From Macrostomum lignano (lineage: Eukaryota): a stretch of DNA of 64,000 nt. Under the pieces are notes generated by a model. It was not told where the DNA came from, made no database searches, and saw only the letters and a list, made by a program, of their open reading frames with translations. The position numbers and the translations under genes were made by a program. Where the stretch lies: positions 62,001 to 126,000 of the forward strand of contig NIVC01000481.1 of NCBI GenBank assembly GCA_002269645.1, given 5' to 3'. Positions 31,060-57,759 of the stretch are shown here, in pieces (positions within the stretch are counted from its first letter, which is position 1; each line of letters opens with the position of its first letter).

Positions 31060-31196
31060 ATCTATTTCTCTCTCTTATCTCCCTCTCTCTGTATTTAAAC
31101 CTACTTCTCTCTCATCTATTTCTCTCTGTGCCTTAATCTACTTCTCTCTCTCTCTCTCCCTCTCACTCTTATCTACTTCTCTCTGTGATTTAATCT

Positions 31197-31260
<64 letters not shown>

Positions 31261-31397
31261 TATCTACTTCTCTCTGTGACTTAATCTACTTCTCTCTCTC
31301 TCTCTCTCTCACTTATCTACTTCTCTCTGTGACTTAATCTACTTCTCTCTCTCTCTCTCCCTCTCTCACTTATCTACTTCTCTCTGTGACTTAATCT

Positions 31398-31477
<80 letters not shown>

Positions 31478-31530
31478 CTACTTCTCTCTGTGATTTAATC
31501 TACTTCTCTCTCTCTCTCTCACTTATCTAC

Positions 31531-31566
<36 letters not shown>

Positions 31567-31637
31567 TATCTACTTCTCTCTGTGACTTAATCTACTTCTC
31601 TCTCTCTCTCTTATCTACTTCTCTCTCTCACTTATCT

Positions 31638-31707
<70 letters not shown>

Positions 31708-31795
31708 GTCTCTCTCTCTGTCTCTCTTATCTACTTCTCTCTGTGACTTAATCTACTTCTCTCTGTCTCTCCCTCTCTCTCTCTCTCTCTTATCT

Positions 31796-31835
<40 letters not shown>

Positions 31836-31863
31836 TATCTACTTCTCTCTGTGACTTAATCTA

Positions 31864-31905
<42 letters not shown>

Positions 31906-31931
31906 CTACTTCTCTCTGTGACTTAATCTAC

Positions 31932-31967
<36 letters not shown>

Positions 31968-31972
31968 TATCT

Positions 31973-32015
<43 letters not shown>

Positions 32016-32039
32016 CTACTTCTCTCTGTGACTTAATCT

Positions 32040-32092
<53 letters not shown>

Positions 32093-32170
32093 CTACTTTT
32101 CTCTGTGACCTTATCTACTTCTCTCTGTCTCTCTCTCTCTTATCTACTTCTCTCTGTGACCTAATCTACT

Positions 32171-32209
<39 letters not shown>

Positions 32210-32270
32210 TATCCATCTCTCTCTTCTTTATCTCCCTCTCTCCGTGTCTCAATCTACTTCTCTGTCTTCC
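31060..32270. repeat. Compound repeat: (CT)n tracts alternating with TTATCTACTT...GTGACTTAATCTACTT spacers
   Basis: Direct read. Confidence 0.93.
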
Positions 32271-32725
32271 TTTCGTGTTCAGTAGAATTTCAAACCATGA
32301 AACACGAAAAAACATCTATCCTAATTCTATTGCCGTTTTTTAAACTCGAGTCATTGCTCCAGTTCATGCTCCAGCTTTACTATCTCTCTCTCTTTCTCTC
32401 TCTCGCTAATGATGAAGGACAGTGAAATCGCGAAGAATCGTGTCAGATTTTTTGTTCTATGATCAAAAAGTTTTTACAATTTGAGGATTTGCATTCGCGG
32501 CGACTCGCGTGCAGCGATGGGTGCTCGCACAAACTCACAGCTGTTTGGAGGAGAGAAAAGCAAGGCTTTCTTCTGTCACGCGAACCAAAAAGCGTCGGTT
32601 TTTGTTAAAATGAGCAGCTGAATAAAATCATCAAGAAAATATTGCAATAAAAGTACATTTGAAACTAAAACTACAGCTAAAAATTTTGATCGTTGTCAGA
32701 CCAGAGCTTGAAGGAAGCAAGTAAA

Positions 32726-33525
32726 TCTGATCTTAAAGTCCCTAATCTGATCCCAATATCCCTAATCTAATCCCAAAGTCCCTAATCTGATTCCAATATC
32801 CCTAATATAATCCCAAAGTCCCTAATCTAATCCCAAAGTCCATAATCTGATCCCAAAGTCCATAATCTGATCCCAAAGTCCATAATCTAATCCCAAAGTC
32901 CCTAATCTGATTCCAATATCCCTAATATAATCCCAAAGTCCCTAATCTAATCCCAAAGTCCATAATCTGATCCCAAAGTCCCTAATCTGATCCCAAAGTT
33001 CCTAATCTGATCCCAAAAGTCCCTAATTTGATCTCAAATTCCTTATCTGATCCTAAAAGTCCCTAATTTGATCCCAAATTCCTTATCTGATCCCAAATCC
33101 ATAATCTGATCTCAAATCCATAAACTGATCCCAAATCCCTAATCTGATCCCAATATCCCTAATCTGATCCCATAGTCCCTAATATGATCCCAATATCTCT
33201 AGTTTGATCCCATAGTCTCTAATCTGATCCCAAATCCCAAATCTGATCCCAAAAGTCCCTAATCTGCTTCTATATAGTGTCATCCGATCCCAAAGTCCCA
33301 AGTTGATTCCAAAAGTCCCTAATCTGCTTCTATAAAGTTCCTAATCCGATCCCAAAGTCCCAAGTTGATCCCAAAAGTCTCCAAAGTCTCCAAAGTTCCT
33401 AATTTGATCTCAAAGTCTCCAATCTGATTATAAAGTCCCTAGTTTTATCCCAAAGTCCTTAATTTGATCCCAAAGTAACAAATGTTATACCAGATCTCTA
33501 ATTTGATCCCAAAAGTCCCTAATGT
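32726..33525. repeat. ~20-bp minisatellite (AATCTGATCCCAAAGTCCCT)n
   Basis: About 40 units, decaying toward the 3' end. Confidence 0.92.
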
Positions 33526-33946
33526 GATCCCCATGTCGCCAGTTTATTCCATCGACATAGGTACAGATATGCACGAATATAATATGTAATGCTAACGTCC
33601 ATCCGACCAGAGCTTGTAGGAACCAAGTAAAACAGTTCAAAAAAGGGAAAATAACCAACAACTGCTGCGTCATGGTGGACGACGAGCCGTCTTTGCAAGC
33701 AGCTGTGTTTTCTTAGAAACCTATAACAAGCACAGAAAGACAAGAAGCAACAGTTAATTAGTATTGAAAACGCTAGGTGTAAAAAGGGTGCAGCTTGGAT
33801 TGACAAGGCCACCCTCCACCCCCCTATTAGCATTAAGCTACGTAGGAGGCTTTCAGTGAGGAGGCGTTGCCGCCTATTTCGCTAATACGAGCGTTTTTGC
33901 GGAGCGAGAGTCAGACATCCAATAAAATAATTTCTGACTTTTTCAG

Positions 33947-48098
<14,152 letters not shown>

Positions 48099-49159
48099 CT
48101 TACATAGCTTACTGATTTTGTACTCAAGCAAACTTTTCGAGTAAATAATAACATTGAGTTGCTTGTAAATCTCTGTAAAAATTATGTAAAACTTGTGCTT
48201 TATTCACTATTCGATTCGATATTTATTCAATGTGTAATTTGTTGCTCATTAAATTATGCATAGCTTCTATTACCAAGGTTTATGGTATGAAAACTATATA
48301 CAAAGACGCAAATCTTTAATCAAAATCAAGAACATTGGAATGCTTTGCTTCTTTATATTTTAAGAGTAATATTTTAATCGTTATGGTGCCACAGTGCCAG
48401 AACTGTACCTGCTACTTTTAAACATTTTAGTTTAGTTTCCAATCATTTTCACTGAACAGTACTCGAAGGCCACACGCACAAAAGGAACCAGCAAAGCATC
48501 TGATGATGCCCTTAGAGTGTCGAAAATTTCCAAATTTCTACAATCGCTACAGCAGGTAGAAGCTCAAGGCATGCAGATTCACCTTTAACTTGAATTGCAA
48601 TTTTTTTCTTTAACGACTTTTCTATTGTATAAGAACGACAGGGGGTGCTCGACTAACACTGCTAGAGAAGAGAGAGAAAGAGAGGAAATTCCTTTGAGCG
48701 CTGACTCAAAACGCCTCTGCAGACCCCCAGGTGATTAATTGGTCAAATCGTCTATGAGCGCCCCCAATACTGACACCTTTTCTCTCGTCAAAAGCCAATG
48801 ACAACTAAAGACTCCAAAAATCAGTCATTTTTCAGACAACTTTAAGCTGGCTATGGCTTCACCCCCAGGTTTAGCTATAAAAATTTTGCTCAGCTCTATT
48901 TCTCTTTCAATTGAGCATGAATGAGTCTGGCCACTTCAATTGGGCTTCTCCATGCTCCACCACCATCCAGATTCTTGAGACATTATTTACAATGACCCTG
49001 TATGGCGATATATAATGGTATGAAATGTTGCAATTTTATATCCATACTGAAAGGCGGTTTTCAAGTGTATTCTTTTTTGTTAGAGCCAATTGGACCCGAA
49101 GTAATGTATTTTTATGGCACGCCAGTTTTATAATTATGCTGGGAAAAATGACAAAGGTA

Positions 49160-49840
49160 GAGAAAATGACAGGCAGAGAGGCAGAGAGAAAGAGGGGGTA
49201 GGAGGGAGAGAGTGAGAGTGAGAGAGGAGGGAGAGACAGGGAAGAGAGAGTGAGAGGGAGAGAGGGAGAGGGAGAGAGGGAGAGGGTGAGAGAGAGAGGG
49301 TGAGGGGGAGAGGGAGAGAGGGTGAGAGGGAGAGGGTGAGAGAGAAGGAGGGGGAAAGAGGAAGAGGGAGAGGGAGAGAGTGAGAGGGAGAGGGGAGGGA
49401 GAGAGGGAGAGGGAGAGAGAGTGAGAGGGAGAGGGGAGGAAGAGAGTGAGAGGGAGGGGAGGGAGAGAGGGAGAGGGAGAGAGAGTGAGAGGGAGAGGGG
49501 AGGGAGAGAGGGAGAGGGAGAGAGAGGGAGAGGGAGAGGGGAGGGAGAGAGGGAGAGAGGGAGAAGGTGAGAGGGAGAGGGTCAGAGGGAGAGGGTCAAG
49601 GGAGAGGGAGAGAGGGAGAGGGTGAGAGGGAGCGAGAGGGAGAGAAGGAGAGGGAAAGAGGACGAGGGAGAGGGAGAGAGGGAGAGGGAGAGGGGAGGGA
49701 GAGAGGGAGAGAGGGAGAGGGTGAGAGGGAGAGAGGGAGAGAGGGAGAGGGTGAGAGGGAGAGAGGGAGAGAAGGAGAAGGAAAGAGGAAGAGGGAGAGG
49801 GAGAGAGTGAGAGGGAGAAAAAGAGAGGGAGAAAGAGATG
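49160..49840. repeat. (GAGAGG)n-like purine tract
   Basis: Direct read. Confidence 0.92.
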
Positions 49841-50614
49841 AGCAGAGGAAATATTGGACAAGAAGGAATCAGAGTTAGAAGCAGTCCCAGTCTGCTCGAA
49901 AGCATAACATATCCCGGACATCTTTAAAAAAGTATTCAACAAGAAAAACTAAAATACAGGGTATTTTTGAGCCTGCCTGTCAATCGCAAGAACAGCACGA
50001 GGGATGCCCTGCTCCACCTCCAGTCGATGAGCTTTTATCTCCGCCACGGGCAGTTTGTTGGCTCAGTTTATTGCACAAAGCTCCACTTTAACGATCTGTT
50101 AAAGTGGTTTTGTGTGAGCACTGGGGGCCGCCCCACCAGCCCTTCAGTCCGTGTTTATCCACCTGCTATCGTTGCGTTAACCCCCCCCCCCAAACAGTTC
50201 TATCGACTCGACTTTTCCCTGTTCCCCTATATATAATCCCGAACTGAGCTCAAGCCCACGAGGCATATTTGAGTAGAATAAACACACTGCAGGTCCTGAA
50301 AGGTGTGTGCATAGTGATTAACAGAAAAGCAGGTGTGCTAGTGTCTAGTCCCTGTATATTCTCGATAATTTATTATTTCAGAATTGGAATCTAATTGAAG
50401 CAGGTGCAACAGGTGCAGGACAGAATAGCTAATTCAAGTCCTGCATACAAAAGCTATTGCAGAATAAAATAATCAAAGACTGTTCAGAGCATTACAGACC
50501 AGCACCTCAAAAATAGATTTGCTGAAAGCTTAAAACAATTAATAACGAATAGAAAGTCAATCAGGGCTGATGTACACCCTTGTGAGCTCTGGATGGCTAT
50601 GGGACAATGTCGCC

Positions 50615-51881
50615 CAGGGGTGTCGCCATGAAGCCAGGAATTCTATAGATCTGCATGACTAAATTGCTAGGTTTACATGTACACTATTTTCATAATCGGT
50701 GTTTTCAGCACTCATTTTGGCGCCGCAGGCACTCATTTTGGCGCCGCAGACACTCATTTTGGCGCTGCAGGCACTCATTTTGGCGCCGCAGGCACTCATT
50801 TTGGCGCTGCAGGCACTCATTTTGGCGCCGCAGACACTCATTTTGGCGCTGCAGGCACTCATTTTGGCGCCGCAGGCACTCATTTTGGCGCTGCAGGCAC
50901 TCATTTTGGCGCCGCAGGCACTCATTTTGGCGCCGCAGGAACTTATTTTAGCGCCACAGACACTCACTTTAGCGCCGCAGACACTCATTTTAGCGCCGCA
51001 GGCACTCATTTTAGCGCCGCAGGCACTCATTTTAGCGCCGCAGGAACTTATTTTAGCGCCACAGACACTCACTTTAGCGCCGCAGACACTCATTTTAGCG
51101 CCGCAGGCACTCATTTTAGCGCCGCAGGCACTCATTTTAGCGCCACAGGCACTCATTTTAGCGCCGCAGGAACTCATTTTAGCGCCGCAGGAACTTATTT
51201 TAGCGCCACAGACACTCACTTTAGCGCCGCAGGCACTCATTTTGGCGCCACAGGCACTCATTTAGGCGCCACAGGCACTCATTTTAGCGCCGCAGGCACT
51301 CATTTTGGCGCCGCAGACACTCATTTTGGCGCCGCAGGCACTCATTTTGGCGCCGCAGGCACTCATTTTGGCGCTGCAGGCACTTATTTTGGCGCTGTAG
51401 GAACTGTAGGAACTCATTTTGGCGCCACAGGCACTCATTTTGGCGCCGTAGGCACCTATTTTGGCGCCGCAGGCACTCATTTTGGCGCCATAGACACTCA
51501 TTTTGGCGCCGCCGTAGGCACTCATTTTGGCGCCGTAGGCACCTATTTTGGCGCCGCAGGCACTCATTTTGGCGCCATAGACACTCATTTTGGCGCCGCC
51601 GTAGGCACTCATTTTGGCGCTGTAGGAACTGTAGGAACTTATTTTAGCGCCGCAGGCACTCATTTTGGCGCCACAGGCACTCATTTTGGCGCCACAGGCA
51701 CTCATTTTGGCGCCGCAGGCACTCATTTTGGCGCCACATCCACTATGTGTTTGTCCCCCTGAAGCAAAATTATTGATTTCCATAACGGGTCACAAAGATG
51801 GGATGGGGGGAACAAAGCATTGGCATGTCCCCCATAGCTTTTACTGGGGGACATGTTCTCCCCCCCGGGGTGGCTGTCGCC
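50615..51881. mobile_element. MITE-like element (hAT-type terminus CAGGGGTGTCGCCA) carrying a 21-bp array (CAGGCACTCATTTTGGCGCCG)n at ~50705-51735
   Basis: Left terminus at 50615-50628. Flanks of the array are homologous to those of the 59440-60885 array. Right end is degenerate. Confidence 0.6.
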
Positions 51882-52319
51882 AGTTAAAAACATAGTTATT
51901 GAGCTTTATTCTTCAGATCTAATGAAACTAAACTGTCACGTGTGAAAATCCGAGTTTTTCAACGAGGTTTAAGTTAATATTATAAGTTACTCGCCCACTG
52001 CTCAATCAGTACACGACAGTGCGCACACTGCATGCTTATGACTTGATTGATTGATATCAATTGAATATCTTGAATATTGACAAGGATATACAAGACTCCT
52101 TGGTAACAGGGACTTGGTTCCTATCCTAACAGCCATTGTGCAGTCGTGTCTTTTGTGCCTCGTGTCGCTGGCGGCTATTGAAATGCTAATGTCTGTGCCT
52201 AGATAAAAGTCAGTAACCATTTTTTTCTGTAAAAATGTCATCAACTATGCTGAGAAGCAGTATAGACAAGCTATTGACATTTTGAGCATTAGGAAACTGA
52301 CATGGATTGACTCTCATTC

Positions 52320-53520
52320 TCATTTCGACGCCATCGCTCTCATTTTGGCGCCATCGCTCTCATTTTGGCGCCATCGCTCTCATTTAGGGCACATCGCTTT
52401 CATTCAGGGCGCCATCGCTTTCATTTAGGGCGCCATCGCTCTCATTTAGGGCGCCATCGCTTTCATTTAGGGCGCCATCGCTTTCATTTAGGCGCCATCG
52501 CTCTCGTTTAGGGCGCCATCGCTTTTATTTTGGCGCCATCGCTTTCATTTAGGCGCCATCGCTCTCATTTTGGCGCCATCGCTCTCATTTAGGCGCCATC
52601 GCTCTCATTTAGGGCGCCATCGCTCTCATTTAGGGCGCCATCGCTTTCATTCAGGGCACATCGCTCTCATTTAGGGCGCCATCGCTCTCATTTAGGGCGC
52701 CATCGCTTTCATTTAGGGCGCCATCGCTCTCATTTAGGGCGCCATCGCTCTCATTTAGGGCGCCATCGCTCTCATTTAGGGCGCCATCGCTCTCATTTAG
52801 GGCGCCATCGCTTTCATTCAGGGCACATCGCTCTCATTTAGCGCGCCATCGCTCTCATTTTGGCGCCATCGCTCTCATTTAGGGCACATCGCTTTCATTT
52901 AGGGCGCCATCGCTCTCATTTAGGGCGCTATCGCTTTCATTCAGGGCACATCGCTCTCATTTAGGGCGCCATCGCTCTCATTTAGGGCGCCATCGCTTTC
53001 ATTTAGGGCGCCATCGCTCTCATTTAGGGTGCCATCGCTCTCATTTAGGGCGCCATCGCTTTCATTCAGGGCACATCGCTCTCATTTAGGGCGCCATCGC
53101 TCTCATTTAGGGCGCCATCGCTCTCATTTAGGGCGCCATCGCTCTCATTCAGGGCACATCGCTCTCATTTAGCGCGCCATCACTCTCATTTTGGCGCCAT
53201 CGCTCTCATTTAGGGCACATCGCTTTCATTTAGGGCGCCATCGCTCTCATTTAGGGCGCTATCGCTTTCATTCAGGGCACATCGCTCTCATTTGGGGCGC
53301 CATCGCTCTCATTTAGGACGCCATCGCTTTCATTTAGGGCGCCATCGCTCTCATTTAGGGTGCCATCGCTCTCATTTAGGGCGCCATCGCTCTCATTTAG
53401 GGCGCCATCGCTTTCATTCAGGGCACATCGCTCTCATTTAGGGCGCCATCGCTTTCATTTAGGGCGCCATCGCTTTCATTTAGGGCGCCATCGCTCTCAT
53501 TTAGGGCACCATCGCTTTTA
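52320..53520. repeat. 21-bp minisatellite (GGGCGCCATCGCTCTCATTTA)n
   Basis: About 56 units. Confidence 0.95.
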
Positions 53521-53554
53521 CTTTGACGCAATCTGTCTCTCTCTAGTTTCCTTG

Positions 53555-53705
53555 ATTTTAGCGCCGTATCTCATAGATTTTAGCGCCATATTTATAAGAT
53601 TTGAGCACCATATTTATTAGATTTTAGCGCCATATCTATTAGATTTTAGCGCCATATCTATCTGATTTTAGCGCCATATCTATCTGATTTTAGCGCCATA
53701 TCTAA
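53555..53705. repeat. 22-bp repeat (GATTTTAGCGCCATATCTATTA)n
   Basis: About 6 units. Confidence 0.88.
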
Positions 53706-54439
53706 AGACATGTAAGCATAGAAATTCACTGATAATTTGTACAGCTCAATGCATTACACAGTGAGGTGGGCCTGCATGAGTTCTACAGAAATCAGGAGGC
53801 TTCTATACACAGTCATATAAATTATATCACGCAACTGTCCACTTTATTACAATAATTGAATTTGCAGTATCCGGCAGCCCCTATGAATATTTGGGCTATG
53901 CCTGCTGGCCCCATATTCCTCAGGACATCTGCTTTGCAGTTTTCAGCTTCTTTTAATATTTTTCCCTCAACTCCTTCGTAACTTGAATCTGCGTGTTGTT
54001 GCACAGCCTTCTGACTTCTTTCCCGGCTTTTTTTTCCTTGATCATTTTTTTGCTTGTCAGCTGGCTTCCTTCCGCTGCTCCGGTATTGAGGCTTTGAAAT
54101 TTCTTCTTTTAGGAGAGCGTCGGCTTTAAAAAAATAAGAGGATATATGCTGCTATAGCTCACAGCTTCTTCTAACCTGCTCAAGGCATGCCGGGTGGATT
54201 CTGGTCGCGGTTCCGCTGTCAAACAACTATGGGACTTCCGTTTTTCCTACCTGAGCTACCTGCCTACCTGCGTATTGCTTTTTATTGCGACCGCCATCGA
54301 CTGTTTCTGTTGAAGTGTGGAGCTCCTGCTTTAAAAGATAGCTGCATGTATAAGTGTGCTTTGATAGAATCAAGGAATGCTTGGGTAGAGTATTTGGAGT
54401 TGGAAATGTATTGCAGTTCATTAGCTTATGATTTCACAT

Positions 54440-55120
54440 CTTGGTTCTTGTGCGCTTTGTTATACTTGCACGCTTTGTTACTTGCGCGCTTTGTTACTTG
54501 CGCGCTTTGTTACTTGCGCGCTTTGTTACTTGCGCGCTTTGTTACTTGCGCGCTTTGTTACTTGCGCGCTTTGTTACTTGCGCGCTTTGTTACTTGCGCG
54601 CTTTGTTACTTGCGCGCTTTGTTACTTGCGCGCTTTGTTACTTGCGCGCTTTGTTACTTGCGCGCTTTGTTACTTGCGCGCTTTGTTACTTGCGCGCTTT
54701 GTTACTTGCGCGCTTTGGTTCTTGTGCGCTTTGTTATACTTGCGCGCTTTGTTTCTTGCGCGCTTGTTACTTGCGCGCCTTGGTTCTTGCGCGCTGCTTT
54801 GTTACTTGCGCGCTTTGTTACTTGCGCGCTTTGTTACTTACGCGCTTTGATACTTGCGCGCTTTGTTTCTTGCGCGCTTGTTACTTGCGCGCCTTGGTTC
54901 TTGCGCGCTGCTTTGTTACTTGCGCGCTTTGTTACTTGCGCGCTTTGTTACTTACGCGCTTTGATACTTGCGCGCTGCTTTGGTTCTTGCGCGATGGTTT
55001 GGTTCTTGCGGGTCTAGTTACCTGCACGCTTTGTTACTTGCGCGCTTTGGTTTTTGCGCGCTTTGTTACTTGCGCGCTGCTTTGATTCTTGCGCGCTGCT
55101 TTGGTTCTTGCGCGCCTCTT
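54440..55120. repeat. 16-bp minisatellite (GCGCGCTTTGTTACTT)n
   Basis: About 40 units. Confidence 0.94.
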
Positions 55121-56439
55121 TGCGCGATTGTAACTTACTTGTTTTTGGCAATTGTTTAGCCAATTTGGATTTGCAATCCAGACAGCCAATTCTAGAACCC
55201 CCCCCGGCTTGACAATCGCTTATTGATGGAGTGGAGAAGGATATGAATAAGCGCTGATTGTACGCCACCTTCATTCAATTTTTTTAAAGCTTCTTGTCCA
55301 CAAGGCCGCTCAGATTTTATAGCCCATTGTAATCGCAGCTACACGCCAGAGTAATCCGATGACTCAGAGCCCAGAAGGCAGACAACTTCTTCAAATAAAA
55401 GCCAAGCAGCGGGGGAAAAGTCTGAGGAGCATGTTCCCCAACTCTTGTCAATCTCTTCCTCACGCCCGATCCCCTCCCCCGCTTTCCCCTTTCATCCCAT
55501 CTCAGGATTTCTCTCTTTAGGGCCAAGTCATGCGATAATAATCTGTGGAATTGAAATAGCTTGTATATGTATTCTATAGGGGCCTGGCTTCATTCACTCT
55601 CCCAGTCTCCCGCACACCTCCGGCTGACTGACTGACTGACTGATTACTTGATAAGCGATAGATTCATTTGGACCCCATAAGATACCTATTTAAAATATAA
55701 GTCTAGCACCGATTGTACCGCGGTACACACTGCTGAATGCAGTGCAGAAGATCTGATTTTCAATTGTCTATGGTCGCAACATTGCCTTTGTCAAGCTAAT
55801 TTAGAGAGCCGACAACCAAAGAATAATAGTAGCATGCAAATTCAATCCAGCCTCTCCATCTTTTTGAAACTTCACAATAGCAATCTGGCTCGCTCAAGGT
55901 TTGGGTGTCTCTTCAACTCTCCTCTCTCTTCTCTCTGTTTCATTTCTCAATCTAATCTCTTTCCATTTTTCCTCTCTTTTCTCTCTTCTCTCTCCTCTAT
56001 TCTCAGCAGAGACAGGTTGGGCCATAGACAACTGAAAAACGTGACTGAGAAACAATCAAGCCTTTAAGAATTATAATTGCTTTATTCATAGTCACAGAGT
56101 TTTATCAAAGACAGCCTGTGTAATTCAAGAATCGAGTGAACTTTGGACTTTGGAATGAACAACAAAAGTCTGTGTTTAATTATCTCTTGTTAGACTTGTA
56201 GCCCGACTAACTAAAGTCTGTATAGTAATTGCTTCAATTTTAAGTCTCCACTGTCTGTAGCAAAAATAGCTCAAAAAACTTCAAACCTCTTAGTCTGCTG
56301 CTCTATTGGCACAATTGATTTCCTGTCTGTGACATCTTTTCTTAACTGACAGTTCGCAAAACAAACAATATTTACTGATGTAGATGCAAGTTTAAAAGTT
56401 TTTTTTAAATACGCATGTGCCTCATCGTCACATTTCTTT

Positions 56440-57200
56440 ATCCGCCCCATCGCAGTGTAATTCAGAGGTTATCCGCCCCATCACAGTGTAATTCAGAGGT
56501 TATCCGCCCCATCACAGTGTAATTCAGAGGTTATCCGCCCCCATCACAGTGTAATTCAGAGGTTATCCGCCCCATCACAGTGTAATTCAGAGGTTATCCG
56601 CCCCCATCACAGTGTAGATCAGAGGTTATCCGCCCCCATCACAGTGTAGATCAGAGGTTATCCGCCCCCATCACAGTGTAGATCAGAGGTTATCCGCCCC
56701 CATCACAGTGCAGATCAGTGGTTATCCGCCCACATCACAGTGCAGATCAGTGGTTATCCGCCCCCATCACAGTGTAATTCAGAGGTTATCCGCCCCCATC
56801 ACAGTGTAGATCAGAGGTTATCCGCCCCCATCACAGTGTAGATCAGAGGTTATCCGCCCCATCACAGTGCAGACCAGAGGTTATCCGCCCCATCACAGTG
56901 CAGACCAGAGGTTATCCGCCCCCATCACAGTGCAGATCAGTGGTTATCCGCCCACATCACAGTGCAGATCAGTGGTTATCCGCCCCCATCACAGTGTCAA
57001 TCTGGGGTTATCCGCCCTCATCACAGTGTCAATCTGGGGTTATCCGCCCCCATCACAGTGCAGCTCAAAGGTTATCCGCCCCCATCACAGTGCAGCTCAA
57101 AGGTTATCCGCCCCCATCACAGTGCAGCTCAAAGGTTATCCGCCCCCATCACAGTGTGATTCAGAGGTCATCCGCACCCATCACAGTGAAATTCAGAGGT
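56440..57200. repeat. 31-32-bp minisatellite (GTTATCCGCCCCCATCACAGTGTAATTCAGAG)n
   Basis: About 24 units with a gradient of variants. Confidence 0.94.
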
Positions 57201-57759
57201 TAGATAATCAACTTTCCTTAAAGTAATGCCAGGTCTATATAATTGGCATTTAGTCTATTCAACAACTGCTAACAAGCAAATGCACAGGTACACTATAGTA
57301 TTGTGTGGCCCCAACTTGTAATCAATACTCAATGCTTTGGACTGCATGAAAAAATTAGGCACAAATAGATGAGTCTAGTGAAGCGGAAACAGATCGAGGA
57401 GGACTGATAGAAGCTGCAGGCATACTGCGGGTATGCAAGTTCGTGATCTAAACTATCGTTTGCTTGAAAACACGGCGACTGGACCATTTGAGCAACGCAA
57501 CGATATAGGCTATGCAATCCGAGGGTTTTTTCCAAGCTCAGGTTACATCCGGGTTGATTAAGATTGGAAATGATCTGAGCCCATGGTATGCCTGACTTGT
57601 GAGAGATCAACTTATGAATTATGATTATCAATATTTTTCCTGTCGACTTGTGATTAAGCTAAGCATGATTGCTATGCATTTTTCTGAAAAGGACCTCATT
57701 AGGCATAGCTGTACCCCCGAGGACCTAACGGTGCCCCATTATAGGACCTGAGGGTGACC

